64,000 bases of DNA from Raja brachyura (lineage: Eukaryota): NCBI GenBank assembly GCA_963514005.1, contig OY740808.1, positions 22,258,001 to 22,322,000 on the forward strand. The letters run 5' to 3'. The position numbers and the translations under genes were made by a program. Positions 1 to 10,150 of this stretch are shown here, piece by piece (within the stretch, counting starts at the first letter, position 1; every line of letters starts with the position of its first letter). The notes beneath the pieces were generated by a model. It worked only from the letters and a program-made list of their open reading frames with translations. It was not told the DNA's origin and searched no databases.

Positions 1-849
1 TTCATTGTTAATTATATAATTAATTATCATAATAATTGTTAAAATAATACTTAAGATCTTGAATAATTTCATATTCCATTATATTTTTCTCCAACTAAAT
101 ATTGGGTTTAAAAAAAAATTGCTTCCCTCCCCACCCCCGTTCCTTTTCTCCCCCTCCTCTCCCCACCCCTTCTCCCTCCACCAGCCCACCCCTGATCATT
201 AATCTGTTGCTGTCTCGCCTTAAGTCTGGTAGGGTTGGATTACTTGAGGTGAAACAAAGACTAATCGATGTTCCACAAAACAAAGCTAGTTTTGAAACAC
301 AAGTGTAAACTTGGAGATGTCGAAATTCTGGTGCACTGGTATTGGTTTATTCTTGTCACAGGTAACAAGATACAGTGAAAAGATTTTGTTTGCATGCTAT
401 CCAATCAAATCAAATAATACCATACACGAGTACAATAAAATATCTGAGTAGAGAAAAAAGAAAAATGCCAGAGTGCACAATAATGTTCTCGAGATGGAGA
501 AAGATGAGCGGCGAATTTAAAACGGCTGGAGAAAATATTTGCACTAAGTGTAACTGTTAGATACATCAGTAATTCTGTTGGGGTAAAGCTCGTACAAGTA
601 ATGGTGATCTGAAACTATCTGATCCTTTTGACAATTGTGTCCTTTTGGGGAAGTTAATTTATTGTTAAGCCGTATACCCAACCATGACTACAGATTGACT
701 CTTGATTGCTGTTTTGGACAGATAGACCAAATTCAATATAGTTTTTTATAATTACATTAATTCATGTAGTTTCTGCATTTGTCTTACTATATATATTTTT
801 TATTCCAATCATTCATCAACTGACTAGAGGGAACAATAGGAATTGCAAT

Positions 850-1345
850 GACATTTGGAGTCATACAGAAAATAAACAGGCTCTTCAGCACAACTTGATC
901 ATGTCGATCAAGACGCCCCATCCAAGCTAGTCCCATTTGACTGCGTTTGTCCACATGTCCCTCTAAACATTTCATATCCATAGACCTGTCCTAATGTCTT
1001 TTAAATACTTTGATAGTACCTTTCTCAAATCTAGCAGCTCGTTCCAAATATCGACAACCCACTGTGTGAAACAATTCCCCCTCCAGTTCCTATTGGAGCT
1101 TTCCCCTCTCACTTTAAATCTATTTCCTCGGGTTTTTGATTCTCCTGCCTGGCATAAAAGAATCTATGCATTCACCTGATCTACGCCCTTCATAATTTTA
1201 TACACTTCTATAAATTCACCCTAAGACTCCTGCACTCTAAGGAATTAAGTCCTGGCCTGCCCAAACTCTCCCTCTTACTCAGGCCATTGAGTCCTGGCAA
1301 CATCCTCATAAATCTTTTCTGAACCCTTTCCAATTTAATTCTGTT
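850..1345 (-). mobile_element. CR1 (HER1-like) LINE 3' fragment
   Basis: Translation LERVQKRFMRMLPGL..LS..E.L..LECRSLRVNL, the CR1 ORF2 C-terminus, plus typical 3' tail. Confidence 0.8.
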
Positions 1346-1351
1346 GATGTA

Positions 1352-1566
1352 GTTGAGCTGCCTTATCTGATGCAATAGATCAAATGGTCTCTGGATTACT
1401 AATACATTTGGATTGGTAATACATTTGTGCAAATGTGGCTCGTTAATCATTTAACTAAACCTTTGTGCAAGGTTGAGCCACCTTATCTGATGCAATAGTG
1501 GTCTCTGCATAGCAAATAAAAATGGATTACTAACACATTTGTGCAAGTTTGGATCAATAACCACTT
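1352..1566 (+). repeat. ~100-bp imperfect direct duplication (1352-1450 / 1472-1566)
   Basis: gttgagc..ccttatctgatgcaatag..tggtctctg..ggattactaa.acatttgtgcaa occurs twice. Confidence 0.8.
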
Positions 1567-1715
1567 GTCAAGCTTATGTATTGTCCTATTTTAGCCCATT
1601 CTCCTCTGATTACTATCTGGCATCAGGTTTCACTATGTTCCACCTGCAATTGTGTTTGAGAGTTCTGTTTATATCATGGATGTTGTTTGAAGAACTGGGT
1701 GAAAAAAAGCGCTAT

Positions 1716-1790
1716 AGGGTGGCATGAAGGCAGAGCAGTAGACCTGCCTTTTACAGCACCAGACACCCCGGTTCACTCCTGACTGCAGTC
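1716..1790 (+). mobile_element. HE1-like SINE, 5' half (split by the hAT-like insertion; continues at 4632-4715)
   Basis: tRNA-like head with B-box ggttcactcc; the V-domain resumes at 4640 (tgtcagtatggagtttgtacgttctc). Confidence 0.75.
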
Positions 1791-3414
1791 AGGGCTGCCA
1801 ACATTGGGTGAGAGTTGGGAGTGAGAAATTCTGTGAGATCAAGCCCAAGGGAGCGTAGCGACCGAGGGGGGGGGGGGGGGGGGGGAGGAATGGTGTGGTA
1901 CGAGCTTTTGCATTTTACAGCTTGAAATTGTACAATCTGGTGCATACTGTAGCGAGTCTTTTAACTTACACTTGAATCCAATATTTATGTTTTAAATTGG
2001 ATTAGTTATGAATAAGGTTAGGCTGAATTACATTCCACAGTAGAGCCAGGCTCTGATCAACAGGTGCAGCACACGAATGATCTTAGTGTATTCATGTATG
2101 GAAATCAGATTATAATCAAGCACTTGGCCCATGTTGACAAACCTGGGTCTCACTGCACACCTGATACTACTCCTACCCTGACTCCAGTTGCGTACCTTCT
2201 CTCATTCCTGACCCTGAGTCCAGCCTTACACCTGGCCCCCTATTCTACCCTGATCATGGCTACTTACCTGCTTAGGTTCTCAGTGCTGAACACTCCCATT
2301 GTCCCAGCTTTGACTGCACACCTAGTACTATTCCAGACCTTGAGTCTTGATGCACACTTGGCCTTGCTCCTAGCCCCTCTGCATTGACAATATATCTGGC
2401 CCACACATAAAGCCCCATATCTGACCCCCTGGACTTAACCTATTACGTTCAAGTCCACAGGTGCTTATCTAATGCGGTAATCTTTTGTGAGGCACTTCAC
2501 GGACCAAATTTTGTATAACAAAATTTGCTACATCCATTGGCTTCATTGTTATCTAAAATGCTAGTTATTTTGTCAAAGAAGTCATCAATTTGTTGAACAA
2601 AATTTCTCATCCATAAAATTATACTCACTCGGCGGTATAAATATTCTGTTACCATTTCCTTCATTTTCCTAACAATCAGTCCTGAAGTCATTTTTACCCC
2701 CAATATTTTCAGCATTTTGCTGTCTTCCTTTCAGCTGGGACTTTTCTGAAAATCAAAGTCATATATGCAAAGCAATAACAATATATATTTAAACAATAAT
2801 ATTCTATTTAATGTGATCTTGAGAGTACATAATATTTTCTGTGGTATTCATAACACAACAATGATGCATTGTTTTGATTGCACCCACCAACATGCATACA
2901 TTATTATATTACAGTTAATATGCACCGAGGGCAAATTTGTGCTCCAATGCTCCCCATTCCCAATTACTTTTACATTGAAATCCAAGTGAAGTTTAAATAG
3001 CATTAGAAAAATAAAACCTCCGGAATGGATGATATTCATTACGTGGTTGGTTGGGGTCAGTATCAGCACAATTACTATATTAAATGTTCTGGTTCAAGCT
3101 AAAACTAAAGACAAACAATAACCTCCTCACACATTCCCCTGCAAGTATCTCTGTCACTCCTTTAAAATATGTCCCTTCTTTGAAAAAGCTCTTAAACATC
3201 GCATCTGAATCAGTTTCCAACTGATTACACTCCTTGAGGATGTTCATCTACATGTTCAATTAATAAAACAACGAGATTGGGGACATTTCTATTCCACCTG
3301 TCAAAGGAATTTGTGGTGGGGGGGGGGGGGGGGGTTAGAAATAGTGTGGTAAACAAACACCATGCATGAATGCTGCAAAATCAAGTGGTTGAGTTTTTTT
3401 GCCATATACTCAAG

Positions 3415-3750
3415 CATAGAAAATAGGTGCAGGAATATGTAATTCAGCCCTTCGAGCCAGCACTGCCATTCAATATGATCATGACTGTTCATCTAAAATC
3501 AATACCTCTTTCCTGTTTTTTTTCCCATGTCCCTTGATTTCGTTAGCACCAAGAGCTAAATGTAACTCTCTCTTGAAAACATCCAGTGAATTGGCCTCCA
3601 CTGCCTTCTGTGGCAGAGAATTCCACAGATTCACCACTCTCTGGGTTAAAAAAGTTTGTCCTCATCTCAGTCCTAAATGGCCTACTCCTTATTCTAAAAA
3701 CTGTGATCCCTGGTTCTGAACTCCCCCAACATCGGGGACATTTTTCCTGC
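3415..3750 (-). mobile_element. CR1 LINE 3' end nested inside the hAT-like element
   Basis: Matches the young CR1 copies at 15893, 37272 and 57344, including the catagaaaataggtgcagga tail. Confidence 0.85.
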
Positions 3751-3856
3751 AGTTACAGTAAGAGAAAATCTATCAGGCATGCAGGATGCTTTCTCCAACC
3801 ACCCCCATTTGAAGGCCACTATCTTCCACTGCTTCTACCCAGTGCTTGGTACCTAC

Positions 3857-4011
3857 TTCCAGCAGCCATTGGTTGTCCTCCTGGAAGAACCGAGCTGCAG
3901 CCTGGTCTGGGATGGTCACCAGGGCGAATTGGGTGCAGAGACTCTCACGGCAGCAGCGCAACTCTTCCGAACCTCCGACGGCCCGGGACTCTTGCACTGA
4001 GGCTGCTCCAT
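3857..4011 (-). pseudogene. TDP2: TDP2-like exon-1 fragment (UBA-like domain) inside the transposon
   Basis: RESLCTQFALVTIPDQAAARFFQEDNQWLLE aligns ungapped with human TDP2 RRLLCVEFASVASCDAAVAQCFLAENDWEME as recalled (13/31 identical). Followed immediately by a phase-0 donor GAA|gtaggt. The Kozak ATG at 4011 is 1 nt out of frame, and no downstream TDP2 exons were recognised. Confidence 0.65.
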
Positions 4012-6075
4012 GGCCGGAGCTGCAGCGAGCGACTAGCCAGCCCCGGCTCCCCATCCGCATCTGCTTCTGCTTCCGTCCCTTCCTCCGCCCCGGCTCTCCA
4101 ACACCCACGACCAGGTTGCTCAGAGCACAGCAGCACCTCGTCCAAAGCCGGAGACATTGAAACATGTCTCGCCAAAAAAGTGCTCCTCCCCCCCAGCCCC
4201 CCCCCCCCCCGGCTCCGCGGCCCATTAACCTCTCTCCTTCCGCTCGCCGGCCTTGCTTATGTAAGCCGCTTCCTGCAAATCCTTACATTCCGACTGCTGC
4301 CAGGAGCAGGACATGGGCTCACTTGCTGCGCTGGGTGACACTCATCCACTGCCCAGTCCGTGTCTTTCAATGTAAATTTGCATGGGGACGGTTTTGGAGG
4401 TGTGTGACGGTTCGTGAGAATAATGAGAATAATCGTGAGAGTGAGAATAACAGAGAATAAGAATGCTGCTGTCTTGTCAACAGACACGCACACAAGCAAT
4501 TGATATTAGTTTTGAAATTCTCTTTGATCACAGAATTTCTCACCGCAGAGCATGCAAAATTCTGTGATCAGCGTGAGAATTGGGTGAAATGCGTGATTCT
4601 CACGCTCAATGCATGAGAGTTGGCAGCTCTGCTGCGGTCATTGTCAGTATGGAGTTTGTACGTTCTCTCTGTGGGCCGCATTGGTTTTATCTGGGTGCTC
4701 CTGTTTCCTCCCGCAAATATCAAACAAGGCCATAGCTTTAAAGTTAGAGGGATAAAGTTTAAAGGAGATGGCAGGGCAAGTTCTTTATACGGTGCAACAC
4801 GCTGTCAGGAGAGATTGTGGAAGCAGATACAATGGTGGTATTTCAGAGGCTTTTAGATGGGCACATGGATATGCAGGGAATGGAGGGATATTGATCATGT
4901 GAATGCAGCAGAGATTAGTTTAGCTTTTCATCCTGCCAACTAATGTACATCATGTTCCAAAGCACACATCAATGGTTCGATGGTGTTTTTAACGCACTGT
5001 GAAATTCCTTTCTTATGTACAGTCCAGTAAACCATTGCCATACCTAAACACATCCCCAATTAGCAAGGTGTACAGAAATAGTCTACTGAGCTTACATGCA
5101 AGAGGTGCCATGTTTTGGCATCGTTTTCAAAGTCCAGTCCGCGCTCCAGTTCGTACGAGCGGTGCCCGATCCAGGCGAGCCCCAGGCTGCTGTGTACCTC
5201 CAGCCATCGCCTTTCTTGGGCACGGCGTCCCTCTCCTCCCTCCGAAACAACATTTTCCCTTCTGTTATCAGGCTTCTGATAAGCTAGGGTACCTTCCGAT
5301 TCACCTCCACCCCAATGCGGACATTGGATTTTGTCTCTGGAACTGACGCACTACAATACTGAGAAATATATTCTGCACACTGTTCTGCACACTGTATTCT
5401 CCCCCTTTTGCTCCACCTATTCTACTTGAGTTTGATGATTGTATTTATGTATAATATTATATGTATGGATAGAATGCAAAAGGCAGCTTTTCACTGTGGC
5501 AATTTTCACGTGGGAATAATTAACCTAAACAGAAAGCTGCATTTGCTGTGAGAACAAAGATTGATGCAGCTTGCCCTGGAATGCAGTGATATTTAGTACC
5601 AAAAGAGTGACCGTTTGGTTTCCCATTAAGCCACACAATGCAAGGTGGCACTGATGTAAGCTGAGCAGAGTTTTATACCAGTGGTTGGCAAAAGCATTGT
5701 TTCAATTGGCCTGCTGATCTCTGGAAAATGCCCACAAGCGTCGGGGCTGTCCACTGCAGCGGACCTAATCTGCGAGTTTAGAAGAGTGTCTTCGACCTTC
5801 AAGCTCGCAGCATGGTCGACACATGGTCCTAGGAGGTCCTATGAGGTCACTGGAACTCTCCTTCATGCTCGAGGGAAGTTCCCGAATACTCGCGGCCTCA
5901 GCTGGGTCGCGGAAACATTTTCAGCATGTTGAAAACATTTTCCGCGAGTAAAGTTTGGTTGGCATGGTTCTTTATAACTCATAGTGCAGTGGAGTGGGCA
6001 TTTTGATTGGCTCATTGGAGTTTTCAAGACCAAGGGAAAACCGACCGGTAGGTAAAATGCCCGCTAAACTTTATA

Positions 6076-7343
6076 ATTTATATTACTAAAAGCCTGATCT
6101 TGACCACTTCCTGTTGTTTTGTATATTGATTTTAGAAACAACGCTGCCACTTACGGCTGTGATTTTTGGCCATCTCACTCAGAGTCCCCCTCCGCTGCGC
6201 AGGACAAGAGGATTTTTCCCATCGATTAAAAATAAAAGAGTTATTAGTGTTTAAAAAATGTTGAGATTCTCTCTCCTGAAGGCCAAGCCCCTTCCAGAGG
6301 GACTATAAAACCCGGAAGTGTTGAGTGCCTCAGTCAGTCGGTCTCTGCAAGATGGGGGAGCGAGAGGGTCATGTCTGTGCTGTGAATTACACTGAACATA
6401 TGTCTACTAAACTGTGAATCTGGTTTTACTGACCTTGAGTGCCCTCAATGTGGTTTGAAAATGAAAATGTAGTTGGTTTGAAAAAGCAAAGCAAATGGTT
6501 GGTGGTGGTTGGTTTGAAATAAAGTCTAAACTTGACAACCTCCTGTTTGCACTGTATATTGATTTTAGATAAAACGCTACCACTTGTGGCTGTGATTTTT
6601 GGCCATCTTACTCAGTCCCCCTCCGCTCATCAGGTGCAGAGGATTCTGCCCATCAATGAAAAATAAAAATGTTATTAGTGTTTAAAAAATGGTGAGATTC
6701 TCTCTCCTGTCAATCACACCATGAAGGCCACACCCCTTCCAGTGGGATGGGGATTATAAAACCCGGAAGTGTGGGTGTGNNNNNNNNNNNNNNNNNNNNN
6801 NNNNNNNNNNNNNNNNNNNNNNNNNNNNNNNNNNNNNNNNNNNNNNNNNNNNNNNNNNNNNNNNNNNNNNNNNNNNNNNNNNNNNNNNNNNNNNNNNNNN
6901 NNNNNNNNNNNNNNNNNNNNNNNNNNNNNNNNNNNNNNNNNNNNNNNNNNNNNNNNNNNNNNNNNNNNNNNNNNNNNNNNNNNNNNNNNNNTCAATTGAA
7001 CACACAATCTCCACTGAACTGTGAGTGTGGTGTTTTGTAGTGTTTTGTGTGGTTATAAGGTGGTTGTATGGTGGTTTCACCCTGCATGAAATGGTAGGAA
7101 ACTGTATTTGAATTTGGTGGCCTTGCACCCTGTATGAAATGGTATGAAACTGCATTTGAATTTTGTGGCCTTGCACCCTGTATGAAATGGTATGAAACTG
7201 CATTTGAATTTGGTGGCCTTGCACCCTGCTTGAAATGGTACGAAACTGAACTTGAATTTGGTGGCCTTGCACCTTGCTTGAAGTGGCATGAAACTGCACT
7301 TGAATTTGGTGGCCTTGCACCCTGCTTGAAAGTAACCTACTAG
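6076..7343 (+). mobile_element. Putative non-autonomous Helitron-like element with internal duplication and 48-bp tandem array
   Basis: Starts tatattactaaaag and ends CTAG (7340-7343). ~230-bp internal direct repeat (6098-6325 / 6530-6775); 5-6 copies of gcaccctgtatgaaatggtatgaaactgcatttgaatttggtggcctt at 7077-7330. Spans the gap; no 3' hairpin seen. Confidence 0.4.
6780..6991. other. Assembly gap (212 N)
   Basis: Run of n. Confidence 1.
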
Positions 7344-7509
7344 GATTCAGGAGGGTCCTGAATAGTAATAATCACCCCACCCCCATCCTCACTTGTATCC
7401 AACCATCACTCATCAGGCTTTGCCCAACCCCTATCTCTGTTTTCCAGCTTTCTCCTCTGTACTCCATCAGCCTGAAGAAGGATTCCAACCTAAAACATCG
7501 TCTGTCCCT

Positions 7510-7880
7510 CCACCGAGGCCCAACACAAATTGGAGGAGCAGCACCTCATATTTTGCTTGGGTTGCTTACACCCCAGCGGTATGAACATTAACTTCTCTAA
7601 CTTCACGTAGCCCTTGCTTTCCCTCTCTCTTCATTCCCTTCCCCTTCCCAGTTCTCCAGTCTTACCGTCTCCGACTACATTTTATCTCTGCACCGCCGAC
7701 TTCCAGTCTGAAGAAGGGTCTCGACCCGAAACGTCACCCATGCCTTCTCTCCAGAGATGCTGCCTGTCCCACTGAATTACTCCAACATTTTGTGTCCCTC
7801 CACAGATGCTGCCTGACCCGCTGAGTTTCTCCGGCGTTTTGTGTTTTGCTCAAGATTCCAGCGTCTGTAGTTCCTTGTGC
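7510..7880 (+). mobile_element. Penelope-like element 3' end (GIY-YIG tail plus pseudo-LTR with hammerhead motif)
   Basis: Encodes a KLEEQHLIFCLG..PSGMNINF-type tail; CTGAAGAAGGGTCTCGACCCGAAACGTC at 7708-7735. Confidence 0.7.
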
Positions 7881-8460
7881 CGTGAAATATCTCGCCTTTA
7901 CCAACACAAAATGTCAGCTGTCATCTCCTATCATGTCATTAACTATTTTTAATGTTTCTGCGTGCTATTATCAGAAGAGTGTATAATGTCCCTGCACATG
8001 TGATTGTCTAATCACCTATTTACTCTCCACCTCAAAAGCACCTGCCGAGAAGATTGAAACTATTTATAGACCTTCCTCATTTAGACCTTAAGTGCAAAAG
8101 TGCCAGGGATAATTAAGGCATTCATCGTCAGACTAATACATTACTCAGGTGGGGAAAACAAGGAGACCATTCCTGATGGGTTTTTTTTGTTTTTTTGCTC
8201 TGTATTTCTCACAATTTAAAAATACAGGAAGTATTCTTCAGAAAGTATGCAGGAAATATTCTTCAAAAACGCATGTAAATGACAATATTTTAATTAAGGT
8301 CCCATATACCATAAAATCAGACATCATGCAAACAGGCTCTTCGGCCCAACATGTCCATGCTGACCAAGATGCCCCATCTAATGCTAGTCCACCCTGCCCA
8401 CGTTTGACTAATATCCCTCTAAACTTTTCCTATCCATGCACATGTTTTAACGTCTTTTAA

Positions 8461-8730
8461 AGGGCAGCACAGTGACGCAGCAGTAGAGTTGACTACGGGT
8501 GCTGTCTGTACGGAGTTTGTACATTCTCCCTGTGACCACGTGGGATTTCTCCAGGTGCTCTGGTTGCCTCCCACTGCCCACACTACAGGTTTGAATAATA
8601 ATTGGCTTTGGAAAATTGTAAGTTGTCCCTAGAGTGTAGGATAGTGCTAGTGTACGGGATGATCGCTGGTCAGCATGGACTCAGTGGGCCGAAGGGCCTG
8701 TTTCCATGCTGCATCTCTAAAGTCTAAAGT
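8461..8730 (+). mobile_element. HE1-like V-SINE
   Basis: gggcagcacagtg head, V-domain (tgtacggagtttgtac..gtgctctggtt) and CR1-derived tail gggccgaagggcctgtttcc. Confidence 0.85.
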
Positions 8731-9391
8731 AAATGGTTTTAAAAATTGGTTGTCATCTTTTAAGACCATTTTGTTAACAATCTTATATGAAGTATTTTAC
8801 AGTTTTATACTGTACACCACTGAGGTTATAAATTACAAGATGCGTGATGTATGTTGATTTGGTGTTGTCATCTTTTGATGTGTCATACTATCACAATGCT
8901 CCATTGCTCTTTATGGTGTCATTACAGAATCGTTATAACAATCTCTTCATCCGTGTTAGCTGGCCTAACCCTGTGAAATCATCCGTTCTTATCAAGGTTC
9001 TGGCATCTGCCATTCCTTGTGCCTCCAAACTAAAGACTGTATTAGTTTCAATGCCACTCCCCAGTCACCTGTGAAACACATTGCAGGCATAACATGGTGG
9101 TAAATACCAGGATCACCTGGATCAGCCTGTCTACCACTGAGCCATTCTAACTGTTTCGCACAAAGGGTGGTGGATGCATGGACCATGCTGCCAGATGAGG
9201 TGGTTGAGGCTGGGACTATCCCAACATTTAATAAATAAACGGTCAGACAGGTGCATGGGTAGGACACGTTTGGAGGGATATGGACCAAGCGCAGGCAGGC
9301 AGGAAGGACTAGTGTAGCTGGGAAATATTGACCAGTGTGGGCAAGTTGGGCCAAAGGGCCAGTTTCGACACTGTATCACTCTATGACTCTA

Positions 9392-9870
9392 ACTCCCATT
9401 CTTATTCCCACGCTGACCTTTCTATCCTGGGCCTCCTCCATTGCCAGAGTGAATCCACATGCAAACTAGAGGAACGGCACCTTATATTTCCACTTTGGGA
9501 GCCTATAACCCGACATGAATGAACACTGAATTCTACAATTTTAGGTAACACCGACGCCCCCCCCCCCCCCCCCCCCAAATATTTTTCTGGCTTCACATTT
9601 CACTCTCCTTCTCTCACAGCCTTTTGTCTGTTGTTCATCTCTGGCCTTGGTCTGCCAAAAAAACCCTCCCCTTCATCCACCTATAGCTTAGTATAGAAAC
9701 AAAGAACTGCAGGTGCTGGTTTATACAAAGATAGACACAAAGTGCTGGATTAACACAGCGGGTTGGGCAGCATCTCTGGAGAAAAAGTATAGGTGACATT
9801 TCAGGTCAGGTTCCTTCTCTTCAGACTGCTGCCCGTCCCGCTGAGTTACACCAGCACTTTATCTCCACCT
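9392..9870 (+). mobile_element. Penelope-like element fragment
   Basis: ORF SHSYSHADLSILGLLHCQSESTCKLEERHLIF matches the C-terminus of a PLE GIY-YIG endonuclease; pseudo-LTR remnants follow. Confidence 0.7.
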
Positions 9871-10116
9871 ATTACTTACTGTATTCTGAAAATGATCTTG
9901 TATCTTCCCCTTTGCTCCACCTATTGTACTTGATTATATTTATGTATGGTCCATCTGATTGGTTTGGATAGGGTGCAAAACAAAGCTTTTCACTGTACCT
10001 CATTTCGCGTGACAACAATAAACCTAAACATAAATGAGACCAAACGCCCCCTGGTTCCATTCCTTATTGTCCTATGTTCAAAGGTTCTCTTCCTCACATT
10101 CTCTCATCTTTCCCGC

Positions 10117-10150
<34 letters not shown>

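Larger units (their letters stand above)
1791..4631. mobile_element. Non-autonomous hAT-like (Tip100-type termini) DNA transposon carrying host-derived cargo
   Basis: TIRs agggctgccaac (1791) / gttggcagctct(g) (to 4631). 8-bp TSD ctgcagtc (1783-1790) / ctgcggtc (4632-4639), 7/8 match. GTGAGA(A)-rich subterminal repeats at both ends. The two flanks rejoin into a single HE1 SINE. Confidence 0.75.

Noticed and set aside
3586-4338. 250-aa + strand ORF
   Set aside because: Runs from an antisense CR1 fragment into GC-rich sequence antisense to the TDP2-like exon; no recognisable protein.
6714-7320. ORFs spanning X residues
   Set aside because: Created by the N gap and the 48-bp array.
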